Assembly (NCBI GenBank): GCA_963785235.1
Contig: CAWAUM010000011.1
Location: forward strand, 64,001 to 128,000
Reading direction: 5' to 3'
DNA: 64,000 nt
Origin: an uncultured delta proteobacterium
GTDB taxonomy: Bacteria > Desulfobacterota > Desulfomonilia > UBA1062
Shown: one piece after another, positions 40,973 through 51,878 of the stretch
Numbering within the stretch: the first letter of the stretch is position 1
Layout: each line of letters starts with the position of its first letter
Position numbers and translations under genes: made by a program
Notes under the pieces: model-generated
The model's input: the letters and a program-made list of their open reading frames with translations, nothing else
What the model was told of the DNA's origin: nothing
The model's database searches: none

Positions 40973-42438
40973 TCAAAACCCTGCATCGACTGCCTTGATT
41001 ATATCAACGAAAGCAGCTGTTGTGGGCCTCAAAGTTTCCACCAGCACGGTATTCGGAGTATCAGCACTCGTGAACTGAGGGGCATTTTCTGCAATATGCC
41101 CGACAAAAGGAATACCAGATGCCATCCATTTCAATGCTTCTCCATGGGCATAATGTACGAGTGAGGTCCTATCAAGCTGATATTTCATCATTGCAGTGGA
41201 GGCTCTATTGATAAGAAATGGACCTGATGGTAAAAAAGCGTTCATAAGGAGTCCCCTTGGTGAGGCCAGCCCGGTGGAGACATATTTCCCATCAATGATC
41301 TTGAATTGCTTTGCAATCATTTCGATGGGAAAGGCGCATTTGATCTTGCCACTGTTGGAGAAGTTCGTATTCATAACTGTCATAAGAACCCCAAGCAGCC
41401 TTCTTGCCGAAATGACTCCCGAGAGCACAGAATACGATCGAATAATTTCTTGTCGTCGCTGGAAACTGTGAGAAATATTTCGCTATCGCCAGCACGACGG
41501 ATGTCCCTGATGCCTTCATTGCATGCCCATCCATCATGATGCGTTTCAACGACAATGAATCGATCAGCCTCTGTTCCATAGTTCTTCCCGGGTATAGTCC
41601 CATACACGTTGTAAACCTCTCCGGACCCATTTGACCCCGTTAACGTCAGCTTTGCTTCGACTGGACCCGATGCTATGAGATTTCTCAGATATGCACCTTC
41701 TACCGGACTCACAGACACACCCGGAATAGAGCCATCGAAATAGTAGTGAAGGAACTGATTATTGTCATCTACTGTGAATGTGAGAATCGCCACATAGCCG
41801 GCAGCACCTCGATCCCTGGCTTTATCGTATGAGTTAAAATTGATTGGCGGCCAGTTCTCCATTACATTGTCGCCAACCAAGGTACCGTCAGGGTCATACT
41901 GAAAGAGTGTCGCAGGAAGAAAAGCTGATGTTGGCGTGGGTAGAGCGTAGATATCCACCACCACTATCTTCCCTGCTACACCACCGGGTACCGCATCAAA
42001 CTCCGCATCTGATCCTCTTCCCACATACACCATGGGAGCTGTTATGCCCTGAGGAGATGTGAATCCCACATAACGCAAGAAATAGCAGGGCATGTCGTTG
42101 CCGTTGACCTCCAAATTCCATGTGTCGGGAAAACTGTAGGTGGCAGGTACTGGCTCAAGAAAAGTGTCCACCAAACCAAATTTCTGGAATTTGTTCAGGA
42201 CATAGTCCGTCCCCTGAAGGTCTGCAACTGTCCCGGGCATACGGTAACCATATTCACCTTTCACTCCGATCTTCCACAGGTCTTTGATCCATCCATACAT
42301 TTCTCCATTTGACGGGAGATATTTTGCCATCCGGCCATACTCAATATCATTGTCAGCTGCAACTGACTGGGTAATGGAGAACGGGATCATTAGTGAAAGT
42401 GATAGGACAACCATTAGAAGCATTACCTTTGTTTTCAT
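40973..42438 (-). CDS. secreted PA-domain M28-like peptidase (apparent +1 frameshift near 41512)
   Basis: Signal peptide, APMVYVG...GKIVVVD PA domain, NVYGTIPG, THHDG...NE[g]ASGTSVVLAIA. Confidence 0.7.
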
Positions 42439-42887
42439 AGTGCTCCTCCTCATTTTTTAATTGGATAGTCATTTCATCTATTGACGCTGTGTAATTTAAA
42501 CCGTCCCGTGAGCAGTAAATTTATCTGAGGTGAGTATCAATGGATGTGGCTGTTGCTTGAATATGATCAATGATAATGTTGGGAGCCACTAAGTCAATGA
42601 TACCTTATCATAGTGCATCCACACCTATTGACTTTCTTCAAGTCAGGAGTATTGTTTCTTAAGTCTATTAAATGTCATTTTGATTTTTTTAAATATGTAA
42701 TTCAGTGTTCTTTTTAATATGGTCAATTGTTTACCCTTTAATTCAAACCACATCGGGGAATAGCACCTCATCAATTGTTGTTCAGAAGAGAGGAGATGAT
42801 GTCCACCTGAAAGGTTTAAATACACGTTTATTAGGTCATTACCAGTAGGTTGAAGCAATAAGTCCCTGCGAAATAAGGAGGTAACCA

Positions 42888-43187
42888 ATGGTTATTATTG
42901 GCATGATGTCGTATCCCACCGAAGCGGCAAACGAAATAGGAAAACGATTTCTGGCCCTGAAAGCTTTACCAACTGATATCACCATGAGAGGGCCTTATAT
43001 ATACAGCTCAAAAGGTGTGGGTATTCAGACTCTTACTATTTATGAGTGTGATAAATCGAAATTGGCTGATACGTCTGAGTTGATTGGGACTAGGTATGCA
43101 GCCTTCTTTGGTGTACCTGGCTTTACCTATTCAATCCAAGTCTGGTTTGCTGTTAGTGAGGCCTTGAAAATGATCGGATTAGCATAA
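42888..43187 (+). CDS. hypothetical protein (99 aa)
   Basis: SD AAGGAGG; clean ORF in AT-rich DNA. Confidence 0.7.
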   Translation: MVIIGMMSYPTEAANEIGKRFLALKALPTDITMRGPYIYSSKGVGIQTLTIYECDKSKLADTSELIGTRYAAFFGVPGFTYSIQVWFAVSEALKMIGLA

Positions 43188-43333
43188 AAGAGTATGTGTT
43201 GTAGTTTCTGTGCCTGCCTTTGCACGATGATCTAGAATTATTATGAACGAACGCTGAATAAATTGTCCGGAAGTGGTGGTTTGGTGGTTTAGGCATAATC
43301 TCAGAAGAGAAATGAACAAGGGAGGAAAGGATA

Positions 43334-43762
43334 ATGGAAAGAATTCATAAACGCATAGAGATCAAGGCGCCAGTAGAGAAGGTTTTCTCTTATCTAGATG
43401 ATCCCAAGAATTCAACAGAATGGATCAACAACATGATCGAAGTTAAGGATGTAACAGGGTCTGGAGTTGGTAAACACTTCAACTGGGTCTGGAAGATGGC
43501 CGGGATAAACTTTAAAGGAGAAAGCACGAACACTGAATATATTCCAAACAAACGAATAGCACTCAAAAGCAAAGGGGGTATTGATGCTACGTGGGATTTC
43601 AAGGTTGAATCTCAGAAAAACGTGACAATCTTGGACCTGGATGTTGATTATACAGTCCCTGTTCCAGTACTTGGGAAACTGGCAGAAAAGCTAATATTAA
43701 AACGCAATGACAGAGATCTTGAAATGGGCCTTATGAATATCAAAGAAAAATTAGAGTCATAA
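43334..43762 (+). CDS. SRPBCC (polyketide cyclase/START-like) family protein
   Basis: IEIKAPVEKVFSYLDDP...W N-terminus and C-terminal helix LMNIKEKLES. Confidence 0.85.
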   Translation: MERIHKRIEIKAPVEKVFSYLDDPKNSTEWINNMIEVKDVTGSGVGKHFNWVWKMAGINFKGESTNTEYIPNKRIALKSKGGIDATWDFKVESQKNVTILDLDVDYTVPVPVLGKLAEKLILKRNDRDLEMGLMNIKEKLES

Positions 43763-44071
43763 GACCTGATCTCGTTTTCACCAAAGGATTTAAGAGCGAT
43801 CAGTACTAGATAACACAACTGAGCTGTTAAAGGCTGGGTACAATAACTCGGCCTTTTTTCAGGAGCTTATCCACCTACTGGCCGCTTGAAGATCTCTGCG
43901 ATTACGTGGCACTTTTCAAGGGCCCCAAAACCGGTGATCTTTGTTTGAAACATATGCGGCAAGACGTGTATCATTCCAGAATACGACACAAGGCACAAAA
44001 TCTACAGTGAACTTTCTCTGGATAAGGTGGCAGACGCCCCATCGCGGCCATACGGCTATTCATTGATTTGA

Positions 44072-44728
44072 TTATCTAAAGTTTATCGTTTTCCCATCTG
44101 GTAGTGTAACTGTACCAGTGCCCTTGAGATAGACAAGACCTTTGCCTTCGATAACACCAAAATACATTGGTTCGTCTCCCGGTGTCTCAAAGAGGAATCC
44201 CTTGAACAGTTCGAATTTCAGACCGTATGTGCGAAATGCAACGATTGATCTGTCACCTGTTGGACTGATGAGGATTCCTCTCTCATCGAATGAGAAGGTA
44301 TCCTGATGTGGGGTCTTCCCACCACTGAATGGTTTTGGGGTGAACCTTCCTATTTTATTTATGCCTTCGCCTTTTTTTGTGAAGTATCCAATAATACCTT
44401 TTCCAGGCATTCTTTTTTGCCACGCATTCCATCTTTCTCCCAGCATGTCGACGGAGATCGTGACGCTAGTTTCAGGCTTTATTTCATTGAAGGCAGCCAG
44501 TTTGTCCTGCAACTCAATGGCAGTCTTGGCTTGTTGGGCAAGGGAGCCTTCCGGGAATCTCTTCAGAAAATCTTGAAGAGATTGTATACTAAATGAATCT
44601 ACCTCTTCCCATGCTTTCTGCTCAGGTGTTTTAGGTTTTTCTTCCTGTGCGGCGACCCATGAAGCCATTGACATTGTCGTTGCTACGACAAGGCACATCA
44701 TTGTGTAAAATACCGATCTTTTTTTCAT
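44072..44728 (-). CDS. hypothetical secreted protein
   Basis: Signal-peptide-like N-terminus; AWEEV...FLKRFPEG..AQQA motif. Confidence 0.6.
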   Translation of the reverse strand: MKKRSVFYTMMCLVVATTMSMASWVAAQEEKPKTPEQKAWEEVDSFSIQSLQDFLKRFPEGSLAQQAKTAIELQDKLAAFNEIKPETSVTISVDMLGERWNAWQKRMPGKGIIGYFTKKGEGINKIGRFTPKPFSGGKTPHQDTFSFDERGILISPTGDRSIVAFRTYGLKFELFKGFLFETPGDEPMYFGVIEGKGLVYLKGTGTVTLPDGKTINFR

Positions 44729-45146
44729 CAGCCTTCTTTTTGAACTCAAATCTTACAAGGTGTCAATGATTACTATATCGATTTCATATCAAAATATAAA
44801 CCTTCCCTGTCCTTGCATATCACTGAGACTCAATTATTATCCTTACATCAACACCGATCAAACCTGGATGGTCGGTAAATAGGCATGGGTATCGATCATC
44901 TCAGGATACATATCAAGCACTATTCTTTTTCTATGCCGGCATGTCCTTCCTATCTATTTTGTTCAGGTGATCTGTTTAGACCAGGGAGTATCAGGTGATT
45001 TTTAGATAAAGCCCCCCGGTTAAAAGTCTATACGTTTACTAAAACGAAGCTACTCAATTCTTTCAATCAAAAGAAAATCTTAAAGAAGTAACTCAAGTTT
45101 TGCACCCCCCTGATTTTAAGGAGTGCGATAACGTAACAATAAGGCC

Positions 45147-46614
45147 TCAAGGTGATTTATCGGCATCCCTGCCTCGCCTTGGGCGAAGCCTGTATGCCCG
45201 AAGAAGCAGCGCGATCGCAAACCATCCACTGATGAGAGCAAACGGCACTGCAATCCATTCCGGCCTGAGTACGGCCAGCACGGCAAGTGCAAGGAGCAGT
45301 ACGCCTGCTCCGAGTGTGATCTTCGCCTCCGCAGGGCCCAGCGTCCGGCGGTTGCTGATGGCTGCCTCGACCACACTGCCGACCCTGATGACCCCGACCC
45401 CTGCGCGACCGATGCTCCCTTGAGCATGCCCTTTCATGCGGGGAGGTCTTTTGGGCCGTTCCTGGGCCAGGCAAACCTTGTGGCGAGCGCTCAGGACGAT
45501 CTCCGTGGAACGCGTCAGGTCCTCCAGGTACATCCGCTCCATGGACTGGGCGAAGCCCTCATCTTCCACTGCCACATCCAGCTCGTAATTTCCGAGCCAG
45601 CTTGAAAGGTTGAGGTTTGTGGACCCGATCCTGGCCCACCTGCCGTCGGCAACTGCGGTCTTGGCATGGAGCATGGACCCGTTCCATTCAAAGACCCTGA
45701 CCCCGGCCTCCAGCAAAGGCTGGTATCCTGCCCTTGACAGTGCCCCCAATATCGGGATGTCTGTGGTCCCCGGCACGAGCAGTCTGACATCCACCCCGTC
45801 TTTCGCCGCAGCGCCAAGGGACTGCACATACGGGGCTATGCCTACAAAGTAGGCGTCTGTCAGCCACAGAGACTTTCTGGCCACTGCCGCAATCATCTGA
45901 TCCAGGCGATAAAGGCCTGCTGTGTTCGGAACACTTGCCACCACCCGCAGCGTCACATCACCTGCAGGATGAATGGCGCTCATGTCCGGCATCTCGTCTT
46001 CAGGAAGGGGGGCGCCCATGGTAGCCCATACATCGGCAAAGGCGCGTTCGATATCCGCCACCGCAGGACCCTTTACCATGATGCCTGTGTCGCGCCACGG
46101 TTCGATGGAGCGCTCCGGATAGCCGACCCATATGCTGCCTATACACAGGCCTGTGACAAAGCCGATCTGTGGAGTCGACCACGATCATCTTGCGGTGGTC
46201 CCGGCTCAGCCAGCTCATTGGATGGTCGAAGCGCGGCGGGTTGAAGCATCGCACCTCCACACCGGCGGACTTGAGCCTCTCCCAGAAGTGGTTAGAGGCC
46301 TTTCCCACAGAGCCCAGCCAGTCATAGATAAGTCTGACACGGATCCCTTCCCTGGCCTTGGAGGCAAGGACATCGGCGAACTGGTTGCCGATATCGTCCT
46401 CGGTTATGATGTAGTTCTCGAAAAGTATGCTTTTTTTTGCAGAGCCCATGGCATCGAGCCAGGCAGGATAGTTTTCATGGGCGTCTTTGAGGATTTGAAC
46501 GCTGTTCCCTGCTATGAGTGGGGCCCCTGCAGCCCTTGAGAAGGCCTGCTCGGCGAGCAGGCGGACATATGGATTCGCCTCTGGGGAGGGAAGCTGGGGG
46601 GAATGCCGTTTCAT
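45147..46614 (-). CDS. cardiolipin synthase-like phospholipase D with C-terminal TM hairpin (apparent +1 frameshift near 46168)
   Basis: Two HKD motifs, [10 protein letters not shown] and LHAKTAVAD, split across ORFs 46000-46614 and 45147-46079. Confidence 0.88.
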
Positions 46615-46722
46615 AGAAATACAATCTAACAGGGCAGGCCAGGGACGTCCATATATTTACTGGGGAGAGGAAAATAGTTTGATTATTTCGATATAATTAT
46701 GAGGTGTATACTCCTTGTTCAT

Positions 46723-48232
46723 TCACTCAAACCGGAAAAGGTGGCCGCAATGGGTACAGTTGAACTGAGGAAGCTTGAATGCAGGTGATACCTGGACTAT
46801 CCGGCCGCAACTGATGCAGGTGAAACTTTGCCAGGTCCCGGGGATCCTTGTCTCTTCCTGGTACCCCTTAATCAGGGCATCAGTCTTTGCCTTCTGCGGT
46901 TTTTCCGGTTGCCCGGGTCTTGAAAAGGCAGCCGTATCGGCCAGGATGGCGGACATGGCCTGCTGATCGGCCACTTTCACCGTGTGGGGCCTGTTGCACC
47001 GGGGGCATCTGATTTCTCCGCGGGCGAATTCAGGGGGGATCTTCATCTTCATCCCGCATTCGCAGGCAATGAAGACGAACTGGTTCATGGCCCTGATAAT
47101 GTCTCCGGCCTTCCCGGCATTCACCCGAGAACCCGGCTGGGATTGCACGGTTGGCGGGGAAGGCTCGCGTATGCGCAATCCCAACACCCAGCTTCATGTC
47201 GGATGCAGCGATCAATTCCTTATGCGTATGGGTCACGGTCCAATAAGCCTTTACATAATCTTTGAACGCGGCCCCTGTACTCATGAGCCGCAGGATCTTT
47301 ATCCTCTGCCCCAAAGGCGGGTGGGTGGCAAACACAGAGTCATCCAGGTCCTGTTTGTAGGGGTTTGCTATGTAGAACGGAGCGGTTGCCTTGGGGGCGG
47401 TAGTGAGTTTTTCCGGGGACAGCATGATCTTTTCCAGCGCGCAGGCCAGACCTTCCGGGTACCTTGTCAACCTGGCGCTCGTGGCATCGGCCAGGTATTC
47501 GCGGCTGCGGGATATGGTGAAGTAGAGGATGCGTGAAAGGATGGGGCTGAAGATGACAAGGAAGAAACCGAGCACAATCAGCCATACATTGATCAGGCCC
47601 TTGCCCGCCCTGGATGCCGATGAGCGGTACCGGGCAACGGGGGCGTACCGCAAAGAGTGGAGAAAGCTGTCTGCGATGAGGGTAACAGCGCCCAGCATGG
47701 TCGCTGCGACCGTCATAAAGAGAACGTCGCGGTTGATGATATGGCCCATCTCGTGGGCGACCACCCCCTGAAGCTCATCCCTGCTGCACATGGCAAGCAG
47801 GCCGGCTGTCACGCAGATGCTGCTGTCTTCGGGTGATTTTCCCACGGCAAAGGCATTGGGGGCCGGGTCGTCGATGATGTAGATATCAGGCATCTTCGGC
47901 AGTGAGGATGCAATCTTCATCTCCTCGATGATGTTGTAGAGCTGCGGGTAAAGGTCATGGGTAACCTCTTTGGCGCCCGAGAGGCTTAGAAAAAGCTGAT
48001 CCGAGCCCAACAGGCCCGTCAGGAGAAGCCCCAACCAGATGGCAAGGGCCACACACAGGCCTATGTATCCGGCCTTGAAGGTATCTTCTGCCTGTTGCGG
48101 GGCTGATATGAAACCGCTCCAGATATTGACAAGCTCGCCCACAAAAAATCCGAGCAGGGCAAGGACCATCCCCATGATGAGGACCAGGAGCACGGTCTTG
48201 CGTTTGTTCGCCTCGGCGATCTGCAGGAACAT
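46723..48232 (-). CDS. M48 (HtpX-like) membrane zinc protease with C-terminal double Zn-ribbon (apparent +1 frameshift near 47182)
   Basis: PNAFA, AHEMGH, SRSREYLAD, THPP; the shifted frame gives CEC...CPRC...CISC...CTHC. Confidence 0.8.
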
Positions 48233-48237
48233 GGCTG

Positions 48238-48805
48238 TCAGTGGAAGGTGACCTTGGGTACGGTGCGTTCCGTGGTGTCGGTCTATCTCGAAGGACACCT
48301 CCTTCCTGAAGGTGAACATGCCTGCAACGATACTTGAAGGGAACATCTCGATTTTATTGTTCAGAAAGAGCACTGCATCGTTGTAGGCCTGGCGGGCAAA
48401 GGCTATGCGGTTCTCGGTAGAGGCAAGCTCCTCCTGTACGGCAAGGAAATTCTGGTTGGCCTTGAGCTCGGGGTAATTCTCCACTATGACCATGAACCGT
48501 GATATGGCCTCGCTGAGCCTGGACTCGGCCTGTGCGATCTGGGGTATACCCTTAGCGCCGGTTGCCTCGGATCGAGCCTTGGTTACGGCCTCAAAGGTTC
48601 CCCGCTCATGTCCCATATATCCTTTTGCGGTCTCCACCAGGTTGGGGATAAGGTCGTGCCTGCGCTTGAGCTGGACATCGATCTGCGACCAGGAGTTCTT
48701 TACCAGGTTCCTCAGGCCTATGAGTGAATTATAGGCAGTTATCAGGTAAAGGACTATAAAGATAAGGATACCAATGATCACCCAGAACACGATTGTTCCT
48801 GTCAT
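48238..48805 (-). CDS. lemA: LemA family protein (apparent +1 frameshift near 48281)
   Basis: N-terminal TM, YNSL, QIDVQLKRRHDLIPNLV, YPELKAN, ENRIAFARQAYN; corrected end DTTERTVPKVTFH*. Confidence 0.9.
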
Positions 48806-49200
48806 ACACTCCCCTCCTTTTGTGCGGTAAACATAGCATCCAGCAGCCTTATGAGCGGGCTTGACTGCCTCTCGGTGCTGCTGAGTGCAAGGATCTTTTT
48901 CAGCTCACCCGCATCGGACCACATGCCATGCCCTTTGCATCGGTCCAGCAGAACCTTTTCGGCCTTTCCGAGAAACTCTTTTTCCATGGGCCTGCGGCAC
49001 ACCGGGCATTTTCTTTTTTTCTCCAGGGTTGTGGCGCTGGTTAAGGTCTTCATGAGATGGTCTTTCCCGCCTGCAATCCTGATAAGGTGCTCCATCTCGC
49101 CCTTGTCAAGCCAGATACCCCTGCACGTGAAGCAATAATCCACCTCGATATCGGCAAACTCAAGGGTCACCAGCTGGTTCGAGCAACGTGGGCATTCCAT
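48802..49200 (-). CDS. zf-TFIIB-type double zinc-ribbon protein
   Basis: CPRC...DYCFTCRGIWLDKGE and CPVC...DRCKGHGMWSDAGE; ATGA overlap with lemA. Confidence 0.85.
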   Translation of the reverse strand: MECPRCSNQLVTLEFADIEVDYCFTCRGIWLDKGEMEHLIRIAGGKDHLMKTLTSATTLEKKRKCPVCRRPMEKEFLGKAEKVLLDRCKGHGMWSDAGELKKILALSSTERQSSPLIRLLDAMFTAQKEGSV

Positions 49201-49404
49201 AGTAAAGTTCCTTCCCCTCTTTGTCGGACTCTTGGCCGGCACACTTGAACATGTGAAGGGTTGCATGCACGCCAGCCTTAGAGAATCAACCTATTAACCC
49301 AAGATTTTGCAGGTGGACCAAAATTCTATGAACATCAGGCGAGCTTTTAACGGCAATGAAGATTTTACGCATTGAGTGAAAGCCCGGGTTCATACAACCC
49401 GCAA

Positions 49405-49470
49405 GAGGCATTTGCAAAAAAAACTCAATATAAAGCTGTCAGCTCGCCTGCGAAGGCGGGGGTCAAGATC
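49405..49470. repeat. degenerate REP-like unit with conserved flank, copy 4
   Basis: GAGGCATTTGCAAAA...CTCAA mirrors the flank at 3837-3856; contains CCTGCGAAGGCGGGGGTC. Confidence 0.5.
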
Positions 49471-50825
49471 ACTCTTTCTTATCCATCTTCCGGTACAGGG
49501 TCCTTGTCGATATTCCCAGCAGTTTGGATGCCAGGCCCTTGTCGCCCTTGGTGCGCTTGAGGGTCTCTTCCATGAGGATGCGCTCCACCTCCTCCATGGG
49601 CGTGCCAAGCGGGATGGTTACGGATTCCATGGCCGGGATGCTCTCCGAGAGGATATCAGCAGGCAGGTCATCGGCGCCGATGATGCCGTCCCGGTCGAGT
49701 ACTACGCTGCGTTCGATTACATTTTCCAGCTCCCGGACATTGCCCGGCCATTCATAGCCTAAGAGGATCTCCATGGCCTTGGATTCGAGCCCTTTCATTT
49801 CCTTGCCGTTCTTTCGGGAAAACCGGTTGATGAAGTGCTGGACCAGGTTAGGGATATCCTCCCTGCGTTCCTTTAAGGATGGGAGCTGCAGAGAGATGAC
49901 ATTAAGTCTCCAATAGAGGTCTTCGCGGAACTGGCCCTGCTTCACCATGGCGGCAAGGTCCTTGTTGGTGGCGGTGATGATGCGGACATCCACCTTGACG
50001 GTCTTGTTGCTGCCGAGCCGTTCAAAGGTTTCCTCCTGGAGGATCCGCAGCAGCTTTACCTGAACCGCAGGCGGGACTTCACCGATCTCATCCAAGAAGA
50101 TGCTTGATTTGTCCGCAGCCTCAAAGCGGCCTTCCTTTCTGCCCGCAGCGCCGGTGAAAGCGCCTTTTTCGTAGCCGAAAAGCTCCGACTCGATGAGCGT
50201 CTCAGGGATAGCAGCGCAGTTGACCTTGACCATGGGGCGTTCGGCCCTGGGCGAGAACTTGTGGATCATGTCGGCAATCACTTCCTTGCCCGTGCCCGAG
50301 GCTCCCATGATGAGGATCGTGGCCTGGCTCGGGGCCACCTGATGCACGATCTCCACGAGTTTCTTCATCTTGGGGCTTGCGGTCTCGATAAGGGGGGTTG
50401 ATTCAATGGCCTCGATGCGTTCCTTCATCTTGACGTTGTCCATGGTGAGGACCTGCTTCTCGATGGCCTTTTGGACCGCCTTCAAAATATCCGCCTTCTT
50501 GAAGGGCTTGGTGATATAGTCGTAAGCGCCCTGCTTCATGGAATCTACCGCGGTGTCCACCGAGGCATAGCCTGTAATCATAATGACCTCGGTGTAGGGG
50601 GAGATGGACTTGCATACCTTGAGCAGCTCAAGCCCGTCCATGCCGGCCATGCGGATGTCCGAGATAAGGAGGTCGATATCGCTAGCCGCGTATGAGCTTG
50701 AATGCCTCATCTCCGTTGGACGCGGTCACCACGTCAAACCCCTCTTTTTCAAGGATCTTCTTCAGGGACTGCCGGATGCCTATTTCATCATCAACTACCA
50801 GGATCTTTTTAGTCAGGTTGCTCAC
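49469..50825 (-). CDS. sigma54-dependent NtrC-family response regulator (apparent +1 frameshift near 50684)
   Basis: ILVVDDE receiver in the upstream frame; DIRM, GASGTGKE, ESELFGYEKGAFTGA, WPGNVREL, Fis HTH. Confidence 0.92.
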
Positions 50826-51877
50826 GGCTCAAATGGGTCCTTTTTTTGGGTTTCGATTTTTATTTTATTCCTGCCTTCTTCTATGATGATCTCTTCAAAG
50901 ATGGTCTTTCCTGCGGTAGAAGTTGCGTACACATAATATTTGCCGGGCTTTACTGTTTGGATGGTTGCCCTGTTCTTTTTCGGATCGACAGCTCCTTTGT
51001 AGCGCATCGACGCCTTTTTCAACTCGTTCGATCTGGTTTTGAAATCACTGATGACACCCTTGGTATCTCGCTCAAAGAGACCCCTGGCAGTTGCAAGTGC
51101 CTCGGTTTTTGCTTTATTCTCATCATGTGCCCGGGCAGATGCCCCCTGGTATGCCGCCAGGACATCGGCAAAGGCCTCTTTCACGTCCATGACCTTGGTC
51201 TGGCCTTTATACCCTTTCTGGGAGACAAAGTGGAGATCAGTAACCTCGAAGGATAAACCACCCGGCATGGAGGTCTTGATGCGGTCGATGTCCTTGTCCG
51301 TGAGTTCGCTGAGGAAGAAAGAAAGGTGCTCAAGATCAGCGCCCTGATTCGTGAGGCTTTCGCCGGGGGCCAGGCCGGAAATAAGATTCTTGGAGTTGAT
51401 GAATTCGAGCACGAGCATGGTGGTGATGGGCAGCGGTGTATTGCCGATGAGCGGCTTGTATATGATGTCGCTGATGACCTTGTCCGAGTTGTTGTGCACC
51501 GTATAGGTGAAGGTAATTTCACCCAGGGCCGATGCCTTGGTGATCTGTGCATTGGCGGAATGGATCGTGATGGGGATCTTGGCGATATAGTGCTTTCTCA
51601 AGCTGTCGATCTTTTCTTTATAGGCCTTGTCGGACTGGACAACCTGCAGGGCTGATGCCTTCAATTCGGACTCGAGTCTGCTTATCTGGTAGCGATTATT
51701 TTCTTCCTTGAGCCCCGAGTTCAACCTTTCCTTGAGATGATCCAGCACTGCAAGGGTTCCGCTCGAGAGGAGCTCAACCTCGGTGATGCCCTGGGGGACC
51801 GTTACAACAAGCCTGGCCGGAAAGGCGCTGATGGGAAGCAGGAGCAGGAAACATATGGTGGTCAAAAGTAATCTCAT
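50822..51877 (-). CDS. hypothetical secreted coiled-coil protein
   Basis: Signal peptide MRLLLTTICFLLLLPISAFPA; lies between kinase and regulator with tight coupling. Confidence 0.7.
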   Translation of the reverse strand: MRLLLTTICFLLLLPISAFPARLVVTVPQGITEVELLSSGTLAVLDHLKERLNSGLKEENNRYQISRLESELKASALQVVQSDKAYKEKIDSLRKHYIAKIPITIHSANAQITKASALGEITFTYTVHNNSDKVISDIIYKPLIGNTPLPITTMLVLEFINSKNLISGLAPGESLTNQGADLEHLSFFLSELTDKDIDRIKTSMPGGLSFEVTDLHFVSQKGYKGQTKVMDVKEAFADVLAAYQGASARAHDENKAKTEALATARGLFERDTKGVISDFKTRSNELKKASMRYKGAVDPKKNRATIQTVKPGKYYVYATSTAGKTIFEEIIIEEGRNKIKIETQKKDPFEP

Positions 51878-51878
51878 A

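Larger units (their letters stand above)
40520..45140. mobile_element. AT-rich island downstream of tRNA-Ser (degraded integrative element)
   Basis: Visible drop in GC content right after the tRNA CCA; recombinase remnant; unrelated cargo genes; boundaries approximate. Confidence 0.5.

Noticed and set aside
47030-48805. Apparent 591-aa LemA-HtpX fusion protein
   Set aside because: Removing one base near 48281 restores a normal LemA end (ERTVPKVTFH*, stop 48238) and a separate ATG at 48232. The fusion is most likely an indel artefact.
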